Part shown: in pieces, positions 1-11,522 of the stretch | Position numbering within the stretch: position 1 is the stretch's first letter | How the letters are laid out: the number at the start of each line of letters is the position of its first letter | Assembly (NCBI RefSeq): GCF_000315625.1 | Contig: NW_005434631.1 | Coordinates: forward strand, 248,001 to 312,000 | Source: Guillardia theta CCMP2712 | Taxonomy: Eukaryota > Protista > Cryptophyta | Reading direction: 5' to 3' | DNA length: 64,000 nucleotides | Program-made: the position numbers and the translations under genes | The notes under the pieces: generated by a model | Seen by the model: the letters and a program-made list of their open reading frames with translations, nothing else | What the model was told of the DNA's origin: nothing | Databases searched by the model: none

Positions 1-1871
1 ATCGTCAGCTCCAGCGACGACCAGGTATGGGAGACCCTCGTCGACTTCCTGCCTGAGTATCTCAAGAAGAGGATCGAGGCACACTGGCGCGGGCTGCGGG
101 CTGAAGCAGATGCGGACGGGATCAACTCCCGCTCGATGGAGGTTGTCAAGCAGACGGTCTCGCTTGTCCGCAACATCCTGCAGATCCTCTCAACGACGGT
201 CTGCCTGGTCTACCGCAGGCTCATCAATCTCTCCCCCAAGCGCCTCGTGTCGGAGTTGAGTCCTTCTCCCCAACAGAACCCTTGGGATGCGACCAAGTCT
301 GACCAGTCCGAGTCCCCGGACGAGAAGAAGTTTTGCGCCCCAGCACCCCCCCAGCACGGGGAGAAGCAGGAGGAGGCGGTGGAGTCGGACATGGAAGATT
401 CGTTTGAATCGCCTTCGATGAGCAGGTCGCTGCAGGAGGAGAGGATGAGGGAAGTGATGCAGGAGCACCTGCACGAGCTGGAGAGGGCGAGGGTCGCCAT
501 CAACTCGCTCCGTACGCTGGTGCAGGCCGAGCTGGGTTTCTGGGAGGGAGGGTACATGTCAGACTGCCGGGCGGAGGAGGGCGACCAGTCGCAGAAGAGA
601 AGGTTCAGCCGGGTCACGTCCATGTCCGCCGCTGCGCTGCTCAACCAGGCGCTCGGGGTGATCGTTATGACCAACTGCAAGAGCGGGCTCGATCGCACTG
701 GCCTGCTAGTTGGGATGCAGGGCTGCATCTCCTCCCTCTGGACACTCTACCCGCGGCAGCGGTGGGGGCTGCACCTTGCTGCCATCAACTCCCACCTGTT
801 CCAGGCCCGCAACAGCAGCGGCGACGAGATCTTCGTGCAGCCCTCGACGTGGGACGAGTTCGGGAACGAGCAGGAGAAGTCGCTCTGGGTCAAGTCGATC
901 TTCAGGGAGCGGACCATGGTGAGGAACCACCGGCTGCAGCAGTTGAACCTTCCCCAGCAGAACAGGGAGGCCAGCGATCGGGAGAGCTACAGCATCGCTC
1001 CCAAGTATCTGCAGAACGCTCCCCTGTCGGACGACTGCCTGCTGTTCGAGGAGTCGACGAGGATGCTCAAGGCTCTCTTCCCCCTCAAGTGCCTCATGAA
1101 GAATTTCATGATCAACTATCTCAGCGAGGCCAACGCTATCATCACCTTCGCCTCCACCGGCGTCAGGTCAGCCGTAGCTCCCTTCTCCCCCCTCCTTCCT
1201 CGCCTTCCCCTCCCTTCCCCCTCCCTCTACCTTTGCTTCCCCTGTGTGTTCCTCCTCTTCCCTCCCCTTCTTTCATCTCTGTCCTCATCTCATCTCCTCC
1301 CCTCCCCTTCCCTCCCTCTGCTTTCCCTCCCCTCCTTCGACCTCCTTCCCTCTCGTCCTCGTTCCCTACGTCGCTACAGCTGAGAGGCAAGGGCAGGGGC
1401 ATGAAGTACGAAAGCCATCCTCTCCTCGGCGCGCTGATCCCGCGAGATGTCCGCGTGAGCAGCAAGGCGGCGAGCTCGAAATTCTCTTCCGAGCGAGACG
1501 CTCCATACCGCCTCTCCTCCCTCCACTCGAGGTGAGGAGGCGGAGAGGAAAGTAAAGTTAGAGGTGGAACAAGAGAAGGAAGGGAACAAAGTACAAGTAC
1601 AAGGAGGAGGGAGGAGGGAGGAGGGAGCAAGGGAGGGGAGCTAGGTGCCGGGCTGAAAGTGGAGCAGGCAGTACCTCGGGCTGAAGAGCCTTGCCGGAGG
1701 CAAGCTGGCTCAAGACACTCTGACCGATCTCGGAAGGTAGGAAGAAGATGCTTGAATGCGGGTTGGGGGTGGAGGAGATGGTGGTGGTGGCAGAGGAGGA
1801 GGGGAGGAGGAGATGTGAAAGTGTCTGGCAGGCTTCTACTCGTGGATGCCTCGAGGTATCGGAGCAGCTGA
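1..1871 (+). CDS. CX5R phosphoinositide phosphatase-like protein (SopB/IpgD/INPP4-type motif), 5' partial, multi-exon
   Basis: Frame 1 open from base 1. NCKSGLDRTG (Cys codon 676-678) resembles the CKSGKDRT motif of SopB/IpgD and INPP4. Intron 1167-1396 (GT..AG) yields 'STGVRGMK'. Probable last exon ends LLVDASRYRSS* at 1871. Confidence 0.7.
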
Positions 1872-2119
1872 AGGAGTTTCGGAGGACGCAAACATCATCT
1901 GCCCTCCTCCTGCTCCTATGTTTTGGTCTCATGTTCCCCCCTCAGTCCTGTTCCGCTCCCTCCGTCTCTCGTTCCTTGCCGCTGATCCCTCCCTCCCCCT
2001 CCCCCTTCCCATCCCCATCCCCATCCCTTTGGATCTGTGAAGCTGCTGTGAAGTGTAAAATGTTGTGACAAGACATCCTGGTCGATCCTGTCTCTTTTAT
2101 CATTCTCTCCTCCTCCCCT

Positions 2120-4490
2120 TCACCCGTCGTGCCTCCTCCTCTCGCTGATCCTCACGAGATTCGCCAGTCGCTCGTCCACCCGCACCAGTCGCTTGCTCAC
2201 CTGTCACCAATTCATCCCTTCCTCCTCCAGCGCCCTTCCCTCCCCCTCCTCCTCTCGCACTTCAACCCGCTTTCCTCTCTCTCCTGCACGATTCCCCCTC
2301 CCCCGCCCCGCACCTCTTCCTCTCTCTCTTCTCTTTCAAATCGCATCAACGCATCCTCACCCCTCCTCCTCCTCCTCCTCCTCCTCCTTCCTCCCTCCCT
2401 CCCTCCCTCCCTCCTCCACCTCTTCGATTTCTCGGATGAGCCGATTCCGAGCTGTTGTAGTCAGTCAAGGCCTTTCAACCAGCCATCCCGCACTCACCTT
2501 CCTCTTGCTCCCTCGTCCTCCTTGGCGACCTGTTCGCCGGCAGCACATACTCAGCCTCGCTCCCACAGAAACCAGGAGCATCTCACGCTGACTTGCGGGG
2601 GGCCATCGACGTCCCTGCCTCTTGTCCCGCTCCTGCAGCAGCTCCTCACTAGAGGTCAGCGCGACCTCCCGCACAGACCTCGGGGGTTCTCCTTGCACAT
2701 GGCCGATGGTCGGCAGCTCCGTACTCCCCTCCGCAGCATCTCCATATCGTTGTAGAGCTCGCGGTACAGCAGCTCCCCCTGTCGGACCCTCTTCCACTCC
2801 CTCTTCAAGCTCAACCTCCTCGAGAGTCTCCCTCCTGCCCCCCCCACCGCTCCCCCCCCTGCCTCAGCCTTGATTCCCCTCCACCAGTGCTGTATAACTC
2901 GAGCAGCGGAGGTGAGGACGCGGAGCTTGAGGTGGTTGTTGTCCGCGCGGCTCATCATGAAATTCTCGTTGTTGTTAAGTCGGATCCCCTGGTTTGCCGT
3001 CGCCGTCACGAACGCGACTGCCACGGGCCCCATCCCCATCGCCATGCACACGGTGAACTTGCCGAAGTCCGTGATGACGACAGTGCCGTAGCCCACCTGC
3101 AGCACAAGCGTCCGCCACCCGTCACTTACTCTCCTCTCCTCCCTTCCCCGCACGCATGCCTACCGTGCAGAATGTCACGTAGATGATCCAGAGCTGATCC
3201 CACAGGTAGACGCTGTGCTCGGTGTAGGCTGGCCCCTCGGCCACGCGAGTCATGTAGCCGATGCTGAGGACGGTGATGCCGATGAAGATGCAGATCACAG
3301 CGATGGCTTGGCGCTTGATCAGAATCTTGACAGCGAGCAGAGAGACGGAGATCCAGCTGTTCTGAATCCACTCTACGATGGTGTAGTCACGTAAAATGTA
3401 GGCAACCTACAGTTGTTATAGTGAGCAACTGCAGACGTTTAAACATGGGCAGCACCTCAAGGTTGAAGTATCGGTACACGACCTGCACATGGCGCCGTCA
3501 CTGGACGTAGCAAGGCTGTTTCCGTTACCTTCATGTGCATCCATTGAAAGATGTGGTAGAAGCGGACGAAGGTGGCTACTGCCAGGATGGAGTCGAGGCG
3601 ATAGTAGATCACCGTCCCGTCCGATTTCACTGCCATATCGTAGTGCACGAAGGGAAGGTTGTGAACGAAGTTGATCAAGAGCTCCAAGGTCAGTCGGAGC
3701 CTTCTGATGATCTTCGGGGAGGAGGAGAATTCGTCCTTCCTAACAGTGGCGGTGGAGGTGGAGGTCTGCATCGAGGCGATCTTTTTCCGAAGGGAGTGCT
3801 GCACCAGCAGCAGGCCAAGGATCACAGCTGTGATCAGGCTCTGCAAGAGCTTTGCATCCTCCCCGAGCGGCTTCGTACACTTTCGAGGGTTTTGCGCCGT
3901 TTGCTCAAGAGCTATCTCCTCCGACAGGCTCGGCAAGTGTGGAATGTAGTCACCCTCGACGCAGAGCTCGTTGATGGCGACCGCTATTAGGATTGACACA
4001 AAGGCGAGCAGCGAAAGGATGCCTTGTCTTCGGTTCATCATGTTCTGAATGTCTCTGATCTTCCTGTGCCTGATAGTCTCTTCTAGCCATATGTGCCTGG
4101 CCTTGGACTGCATTGCAAGCATACATAAGCAGGCATACATTGCAAGCATACATAAGCAGGCATACATTGCAAGCATACATAAGCAGGCATACATCGCAAG
4201 CATACATGACAAGGTGGCAAGCATACATGAGCAGGCATACATGACAAGCATACATGAGAAGGCATACATTGCAAGCATACATGAGCAGGCATACATTGCA
4301 AGCATACATCAGCCCATCAAGTTCGTTGGAAGCGTCAATATCTCCTCACCTTGAACGAGTCTCTCGTGCTGCGCAGGCTCGTGTTTGTTGGTCGAATGTT
4401 GTTCTCAATGACCTTCGTCTTCGACCCTCGCAGGAGAGATTGGACCAAGGAGGGCGTAAACACGAGCTCAGCATGAACGTTCTTCATCCC
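2120..4490 (-). CDS. SK/KCNN-like calcium-activated potassium channel
   Basis: Hydrophobic TM exons (LSLLAFVSILIAVAINEL; RLTLELLINFVH; VRFYHIFQW). Pore LWIIYVTFCT|VGYG is split by an intron. AARVIQHWWR is a CaM-binding-like segment, followed by a coiled-coil-like tail. Ends approximate. Confidence 0.8.
4110..4308. repeat. 27-bp intronic minisatellite (~7 copies)
   Basis: Unit cattgcaagcatacataagcaggcata in tandem, inside intron 4108-4349 of the channel gene. It explains the spurious MLAMYAC ORFs. Confidence 0.95.
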
Positions 4491-4608
4491 TGAAAGAGAG
4501 GACAGGTCGGATGCTTGATCTTACTTCCGTCTATCTTGACGTATCATCATCTTCTGAAATCAAACATGGCATCAGTCAAGCTTGTACGGACAAGTGGGAG
4601 GGGATTTA

Positions 4609-4724
4609 AAAGCGTGCATCATCGAAAAGAGCATTGTTATGTTCGTCTAAAAGCGTGCATGATCGAAAAGAGCATTGTTATGTTCGTCCAAAGGCGTGCA
4701 TGATCGAAAAGAGCATTGTTATGT
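4609..4724. repeat. 41-bp tandem repeat (~2.7 copies)
   Basis: aaagcgtgcat(c/g)atcgaaaagagcattgttatgttcgtc recurs at ~4609, ~4650 and ~4691. Confidence 0.9.
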
Positions 4725-5180
4725 CAGTCTTGTCGCTTCTAGTCGTCTCTTGTACCTGCCCTGCATCCTCAGTTCGGAGCTTTTGACATTCCGTTATCAG
4801 ACCGTTACACATGGGTTGCATTCATAGTAGAGCCAACAAAGCGACACTTGTGCAGGGAATGGGCACCTAGGGGGTGGGGTAGTCCTTCACTACCGGTACT
4901 TCAAAGTATATTCCTTTAATGAGAGGAGTGGTGGGTGGGACTAGGAGGGGTGCAAGAAGTTGTCAAGCAAGCTTTGGGGGGCGATTGAGCTACGATGGCT
5001 GAGAGCGTAATGGCGGAAGGTAACGAAAATGAGAGAAGAAGGGGAGGGAAAGGGAGGGAAAGGGAGGGAAAGGGGAGGGAGGGGAGGAGGAGATAGTTAG
5101 ATTGATCGTTTCTGGTAGGCCGAAAGTTTGGAAGATGGTTCTGGATTAAGAACGAGACTCATGGTCAGTGAGAAAGTTTC

Positions 5181-7057
5181 CTTCGATTCCTCCGTTGTTC
5201 TGAAGCAGAGATGAAACTCCCAGGATTCTTTGAAAATGCGTACAAGACCAAATGCTACTGTTGGATCGAGAATGGATGTATGTTTGCCTCAGTTGAGAAA
5301 GAGAAGGCAAGCACCTTGCAGACAGTCTTTGCAAGGCACGTGATTGAGACGAATGCTTCTCAGTCGTCCAGCGGCAAGAACGGGTTCCTCACGTTCCAGC
5401 TTGACAAATGGAAGGTGCCACCTTGATCTCGTCCTGTGAGAGAACCCTCTGAGTGAGTTTGGTGGTGGCTCAGGCCAGCTGCTACGACAAGGTCAAATTC
5501 GAGCTGCGCAGCATTTCCGAGGGGCGGGCAGTCAGGTTCAAAGCGCAAAGTCCCGAGGACTGTCAGAAGTGGGTGACGATGTTGATGAAAGTTGGCATCT
5601 TCAAGGTGACGGCATGACTTGCTGCAAACATCTCGAGTCACCCTTCGCAGTCGCCTGAAGTCTTCGGGAGCATCAAGTATGAGACAAGACCGATGGTGAA
5701 ACTCGACCTCCTCCTTCGTTTTCTCAACCTTCCTTCCTGTCTCCTCGCATCCTTCCCCTCCTCCGACTCTGTACATCTCTGTGCATCTCTCCCTCGTGCT
5801 CCCTGATCCTGTATCCTACCCCCTCGTTGTCTCCACTTTCTCCTTCCCCCCCCCCCCCCATCTCTATATACCTCTCTCCCCTCCTTAAAAGTGTATGTCA
5901 AGAGACATCCCACTGATGCAGTGAGAGCAGGAGGAGGAGGACGCCTTTCAGCTCGTTGAGACCGATGGCATGCACTTCAAGACCCTCGAAGTCAGGTTCA
6001 AGTTCGACAGAAAAATCATGCTCGCAGCTGTGAGGCAAAACGGACTCGCCCTGCAGTTTGGGAAGTTCTCAGTGCCCGAAGGAAACATCGTGGACTACAC
6101 GGTAGACCGGGAGGTCGTGCTGCAAGCGATCAGGCAGAACTGCTCGGCCTTCTCGTTCGCGGATGTCTCGCTGCAGGTTGACAGGAGCGTTGTCCTCGCC
6201 ATGTTCGACACAGACATCGCCGACGTGATGATGCTGCTGCGCAACGGCATTTCACCGCTCATGCTGGATGAGGAGGTCATGCTCAAGGCGGGGGAGAGAG
6301 ACGCGCATGCGGTGGAACGCGCGAGGAAGAACTTGTACATCTGTCCCAACGTCAAGGAAGAGAGCCTGTCACCAAAGGAGCTGAAGGACCTTCAAGCTCA
6401 GGTTAGGAGAGGCACTTGTTCGATGTGCCGGGTTGATGTCGTTCTATCCTCTTGTCGCTATCCTCTGTTGCATGCTGGTCCGCGTCCTCCTGTCCTCCTA
6501 CTTGTTCTGCCTTATTCTCCTCCCAGGCTCTTCTCACCAGGCTGACTGAGAACGGCGACCTCGTGTCGTTGAAGAGGTTGCTGGCGATGCAAGTTGACAT
6601 CAACACATGTCCCTATGTAAGTATTCTCCCTGCTCCTCGGGCCCCTCTCTGCCTCCTCTGTCCTGTCATTCTCTCCAATTCCTCCCACTTTCTGCTCTAC
6701 ATGCACATCCTGGTATCTTTGTCTCTAGTCCTTCTTTCACTCCCAACGTTCGCTTCCTTCTCCTTCCTCCCTCTCCTATGCTGCACTCAGGACGCTTGTT
6801 GATCCTGCGCTTTCCACTGATCCTTGTCTGCCACCATCTTCCTTACGTTCACTAGATCGGCTACTCTGCCATGCACGCGGCCGCTGAGTCAGGGAGAGTG
6901 GGGCTGGTGCACTTCTTGCACGAGCAAAAAGCTTCAGTTGAGAGTCAGATGACGGTGAGAGAAGTTTTCGTGCAGATCGTACTTGCTCTCTTTCTCTTCC
7001 TCCTGACCTTCTGCTCAGGGAGGTACCACTCCTCTTATGCTAGCCGCAATGGGTAAA

Positions 7058-7110
<53 letters not shown>

Positions 7111-9532
7111 ATTTCTACTTGTTTCTGTTTTTGCCTCGTCGTCGCCCCCCGGCGACTCTCTGCCTCAAACTTTCGTCAGGTGGCAAGTCGGAATGCATCA
7201 AGCTCCTGAGCGAGCTCGGAGCAGATGTGAATGCAAGGAATGAGGTGAGCGATGATGATGATGGCGGAGACAATGATAATTGAGACGATGATGGAGATTG
7301 TGATAATTGAGACGATGATGGAGATTGTGATCGTTGTAGTGGTGATCATCTGGAGTTGATCGAGTTGTCGTCAGGGTGGGACAACGGCATTGATGCTCGC
7401 AGCCATGGAGGGTAAGAACAATCAAGGGATCATGGAGGGTGGACGGGAATGTTAGAGTTGTCAGCATGGGGGACAAGGAGGACATGTTGCTGCGGATGCG
7501 GCGGCTGGTCGTAAAAGACATCATTGCAGGACACACGCAAACGATTGCAAGTTTGGCTCAGTTGGGAGCAGACATCGATGCTGTAGAGAACGAGCTGATC
7601 CTTGAGGTCCCTTTAGTCCTCGTCCTCGTCCTCGCGTTCTTGTCCTCGGGTCTACTCCCTTTCTGCTCCTCTTCCCCGTCCTTTTCCTCTTTATTCCCTT
7701 CCTGAAGAGATTTACCGATTGGATCGCAGGAGGAGCACGTAAGTGAGAAGCTGAAGATTTTAGAAACGTCAGCACAGGAACCAGTACGTCCCCATCCTCC
7801 CTCCTCTGTCAGGACTTGACGACGAGCGTCAGGTCCTTGCCAGCAAGCTGCCAAGAGACGGCGCAGACACGGACAAGAGCATGGCGCTGGTTTCATCCTC
7901 ACAGCAGCAGCAGCAGCTGGTGAAGGAGGAGGGAAATACCCAGGTCACTTGCTGCTCCTTTGCTGCTCCCTCTCCTCCACTCCTCCTCCACTCGTGATCC
8001 ACTCCTCCTCCTGGTGCTTCTCCTTCTTCACCCCCACGGTTCATTGCTGCAGTTTCTGACCAGCTCAATTCCAGACCTTGTCCTCGGCATTTGCATCGAC
8101 ATTCACGGGGAGGATGATCAGTGACATCAAGAACAGTCTTGCACTCACTTCTTTGGTGATGATGATGAAAGAGTGTATTTGATTGTGCGATTTTGTGTGT
8201 ATTTTGTTTCATGATGATAATGATGGCAACCATGATCCTGAGAAGAGGATGTTGAGAATGCCAACCAACATGACGATGATAGAGATGATTCGCAGGACAA
8301 AAATTTCTTCTCTCGTGTCAGAGCCTTGTTAAACTTGTCCATGTTTAGTTGCACAGGAGCAACGTAAGGCGCTGATGACGTTCACCGCAGGGATCTCTAC
8401 GTGCTGTCGTCGGGTCAGATTTCGCTGCTCACCTCGATCGGATTCTCGGATTTGTTGCCCTCCCGCGGGAGATGGCAGAGTTTGTAAGCGATCTTTCCTC
8501 CTTTCTCCGCTCCTCCTGCCTCTCCATCTCCAGCTCATCCGTCTCTGCCTCAAGAACCCCGCCCCCCTGCCCTCTTTCCTTCCCCGTCCCCTCTCAAAAG
8601 CCTTCTGCTTTCTGCCTCCTTCCTCACTCGCTCGCTGCCTGTCGCCTCCGTTGCTTCCCCCTTCACTAACTTCAATCCAGCGTAATCACACCGGGGGCAT
8701 GAACGCTATCATGAAGGCAGCCGCCAGCGGTCACACGCAGGCGGTACAAGCTCTCGTCGAGCTCGGAGCCAACGTGAACGCAGTCAGCAAGGTGCTAGAG
8801 GAGCTGCATGAGCTACTCTCTTCCTCCTCCTCCACTCACTGTGAAGAATCCTATTTACCCCCTCCTCCACTCTCACTCTGCCTCCTTCCTCCGCCCGAAG
8901 GCGCTTCCCTGATGTCGTTCCTCTCCCCCCTCCTCTTTCTGAGTTTGGAAATCGTTTTTAATTTGGCGACAGGGTGGAATGTCTGCCCTCATGATAGCTG
9001 CCATGGGCGGGCACAAGCAGACTGTCAAGTACCTGTGCCATGTCATCGACGACGTCGACAGTCTCGACAAGGTCAGTGCTCCTCGTGGCTGCAGCGATGA
9101 CTGACCCGCCCGGACAGGAGGGGCACAACGCTGTCCAGTGGGCAGAGAGGACGGGGAACTGGGAGACAGCGAGGATGATCAAGGAGGCAGCGAGAGAGAA
9201 GAAGCTCCTCCAGCAAGCTAGTGAGCTGTGCGTGGGATGCTGATGGCTCTGACTGACTCTCTCTTCCTCCAGCTTACGAGGAGCTCGAGCCCTCCAGCGA
9301 GTTTCACATGGACAACAATGGACAGGACGAGACGGAGGACTCGTCTCCTGCTGCTGGCAGCCGAGCCAGGACGAGAGCAGATGCTGGTGACATCGTAGGA
9401 GCAGCGGACAGCGAGGACGGGCACCATGGCACGATAGAAGAGTTTCTTGAGCCTCTAGCTGATCTTCAGGTGGAGGAGGAGGTCAACGAGGATGCTGATG
9501 CGGAATCTGAGGAGCCTACAATACAAGTTTGA
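5181..9532 (+). CDS. PH domain + DUF4116-like repeats + ankyrin repeat protein (multi-exon)
   Basis: PH-like C-terminal half FELRSISEGRAVRFKAQSPEDCQKWVTML (~5495-5585). DRKIMLAAVRQNGLALQF and DREVVLQAIRQNCSAFSFAD repeats (5970-6290). Ankyrin exons: GYSAMHAAAESGRVGLVHFL, GMNAIMKAAASGHTQAVQALVELGANVN, GHNAVQWAERTGNWETARMI. Acidic tail ends 9532. A single gene is inferred. Confidence 0.7.
7058..7109. repeat. (GTCCTC)n microsatellite, intronic
   Basis: Tandem hexamer seen directly. Confidence 0.95.
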
Positions 9533-9727
9533 CCTCGAACCCTTTCATCCCCTCGTCCCCCCCTCCTCTCCCCTCCTCTCCACTATCCTCCCCTTCCCCC
9601 TTTCCCTCTTCTCCCCTCATCAGAGTTTCGTGAGCTAAGTACAGTCACAAAATCTTCATTCATGTGTCAACAAGCGCCTTGGGAGCTCTGGGGGTTCCCC
9701 CCACCTCATCACCAACCTCGGCCTCGC

Positions 9728-10444
9728 TTACTTGGGCACGTTGACAATCAAAGGGCCAACGTTGTCCCCAGTCTCCTGGTTGTGCTTGTTGTGCGCACCA
9801 TCGCATCTGACATGGAGGGTAAGCAGAGGCAGCGGCAGGAACACATTTAAAGGTCCTTACTTGGGGAAAGTCGCGGATTTCCAGCACCTGCAATAGACCA
9901 CCTTCTGGCCAGGCTCAATGGTATCCTGTGGATAATAGGAGGATCAGATGGCAGGACAATGAACGTGGGGGTGGGAGGAGGAGGAGGAGGAGGAGGAGGA
10001 GGAGGAGGAGGAGGAGGAGGAATATCCAAGATTGCAAAGAGGAGAGTAGAAATCCGAAAACGGCAGTAGCGACACAATGAGGAGGAGTTGGATACAGAGA
10101 GGAAGAGATCCTGATCCGCAGGGTGTACAAAGAGCTCGATGAAGACAGAAGGAGGGAAAGAAATGCAGAGAAATAGATAGAAAAAGGAGGGAGAAGAATC
10201 CGATGATATGGAAGGATCAGGGATATTGTTTTCACGAGGAGATCATCACCGTGGTGGCGACTTTGGGGTTGTCGAGCTCGATCTTGTGGTTGATCTTGCC
10301 CGACATCTTGACGGAGGTAGCGGCAGCAGAAGCAAAGGCTCTGGAGGAGCGAACAGGGAGGCTGGAGAGGGAGGAGAGAGCGGGAGGAGCGAACGCAGAG
10401 GCGCAGGAAGCGGCGGCAGTGAGCATGAAGACGCGGTTGAGCAT
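9728..10444 (-). CDS. Plastid-targeted CDGSH iron-sulfur (NEET) protein
   Basis: Presequence [20 protein letters not shown], then [15 protein letters not shown] | [22 protein letters not shown] | [25 protein letters not shown], the canonical 3Cys-1His [2Fe-2S] motif. Confidence 0.93.
9975..10021. repeat. (GGA)n microsatellite in NEET intron
   Basis: About 15 tandem GGA units. Confidence 0.95.
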
Positions 10445-11015
10445 AGTGGAGGATTGAACAGCCCCCACCCCAACTCTGCTTTTATTTACTCAACCCGTGG
10501 AAAAACAAGGAGGCTTGCATTGAAATTTCTTTCCAAATATTCAAATATAGAGACAGTACAATCAGTCAAATTTCAAAAATACGATCTCAATCATGGTTGC
10601 GTCAGGGTGGGGGTCATCGGCCGCAAGTATTATAGAACCCGAGGTCCGTCGAGTACCTACCCAAGTCAGAGGTATTTCTAGGAGTTGAAGGGGGTACTTG
10701 ATACTGACACATAAGAGAGAGTTGGGGCAAGGGGTAGAGGTAGGTCACAGCTCAAGTACCCGGTACCTAGTCATCCCCCCGCCGGCCTCCCGGGCCGGAG
10801 TCCGGCGGCTCGCCGGCGCCGGACTCTGACCGAGTCCAGCGGGGGCCGCGTGGCCCGACCGGGTTTGCCACCGGGTGTCAGGCCCCCGTCAAGCGGCCCG
10901 GCCCGGCCCTGAGTGCTAGTGAAGCCATAGCGACATCCGCTGAGGCCGATGATGTGCCGCAGCCTCCCATAGGGAAGAAAACTGATCGCAAAAACCGTTG
11001 AACAGAGAGCAAATT

Positions 11016-11043
11016 AAAAAAGCAAGAGAGTCGGAGAGCAAAA
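11016..11043 (-). terminator. Probable Pol III oligo-T terminator(s) for tRNA-Ala
   Basis: First T4 (11040-11043) and T6 (11016-11021) runs on the minus strand downstream of the tRNA. Confidence 0.4.
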
Positions 11044-11118
11044 GAAGAGCTCGTTCACGGCAGTGAGTCAGACGACTGTGGTGGAGGAGAGAACCTCCTG
11101 CCTTCATCTCATCGCTCT

Positions 11119-11191
11119 TGGACAACCCGGGTATCGATCCCGGTGCCTCTCGCATGCTAAGCGAGCGCTCTACCATCTGAGCTAGTCGCCC
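11119..11191 (-). tRNA. tRNA-Ala (anticodon AGC)
   Basis: GGGCGACTAGCTCAGATGGTAGAGCGCTCGCTTAGCATGCGAGAGGCACCGGGATCGATACCCGGGTTGTCCA. 73-nt cloverleaf with G3:U70 Ala identity pair, A discriminator and no intron. Confidence 0.97.
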
Positions 11192-11522
11192 GTGGAGGAT
11201 AAGGTCGAATCACTGTTCATATAGGGAAGGGGTGGTCCTTGCTCCTGGTGGTGGTCCTTTCGCTGGTGGTTCTGGTGGGGTAGTTTTGAGTGATTTGTGG
11301 GGGTAGAGGTGGTCTTTGAGGATGTAGGGGGTAGGGGTAGTACAGTAGTGAAGGAATGGTTTCATGGCGATGGACTTGTGGTGGAGGGCAAGTGGAAGAG
11401 GAGAGAAGCAAAGAGCACTGTTGACACAAGTATTCCAACATCCCCACGATCTTCTACCCCTCCTCCTCTCACTCCTCCTCTCCCCAATCCCTCTCCTTCT
11501 CTTGCTGCCTCCCCTCACTTGG

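Noticed and set aside
4110-4308. CRISPR-like or Cys/Met-rich repeat protein (MLAMYAC ORFs)
   Set aside because: Head-to-tail minisatellite without unique spacers, inside an intron with a good GTGAG donor at 4349. No cas genes and the context is eukaryotic.
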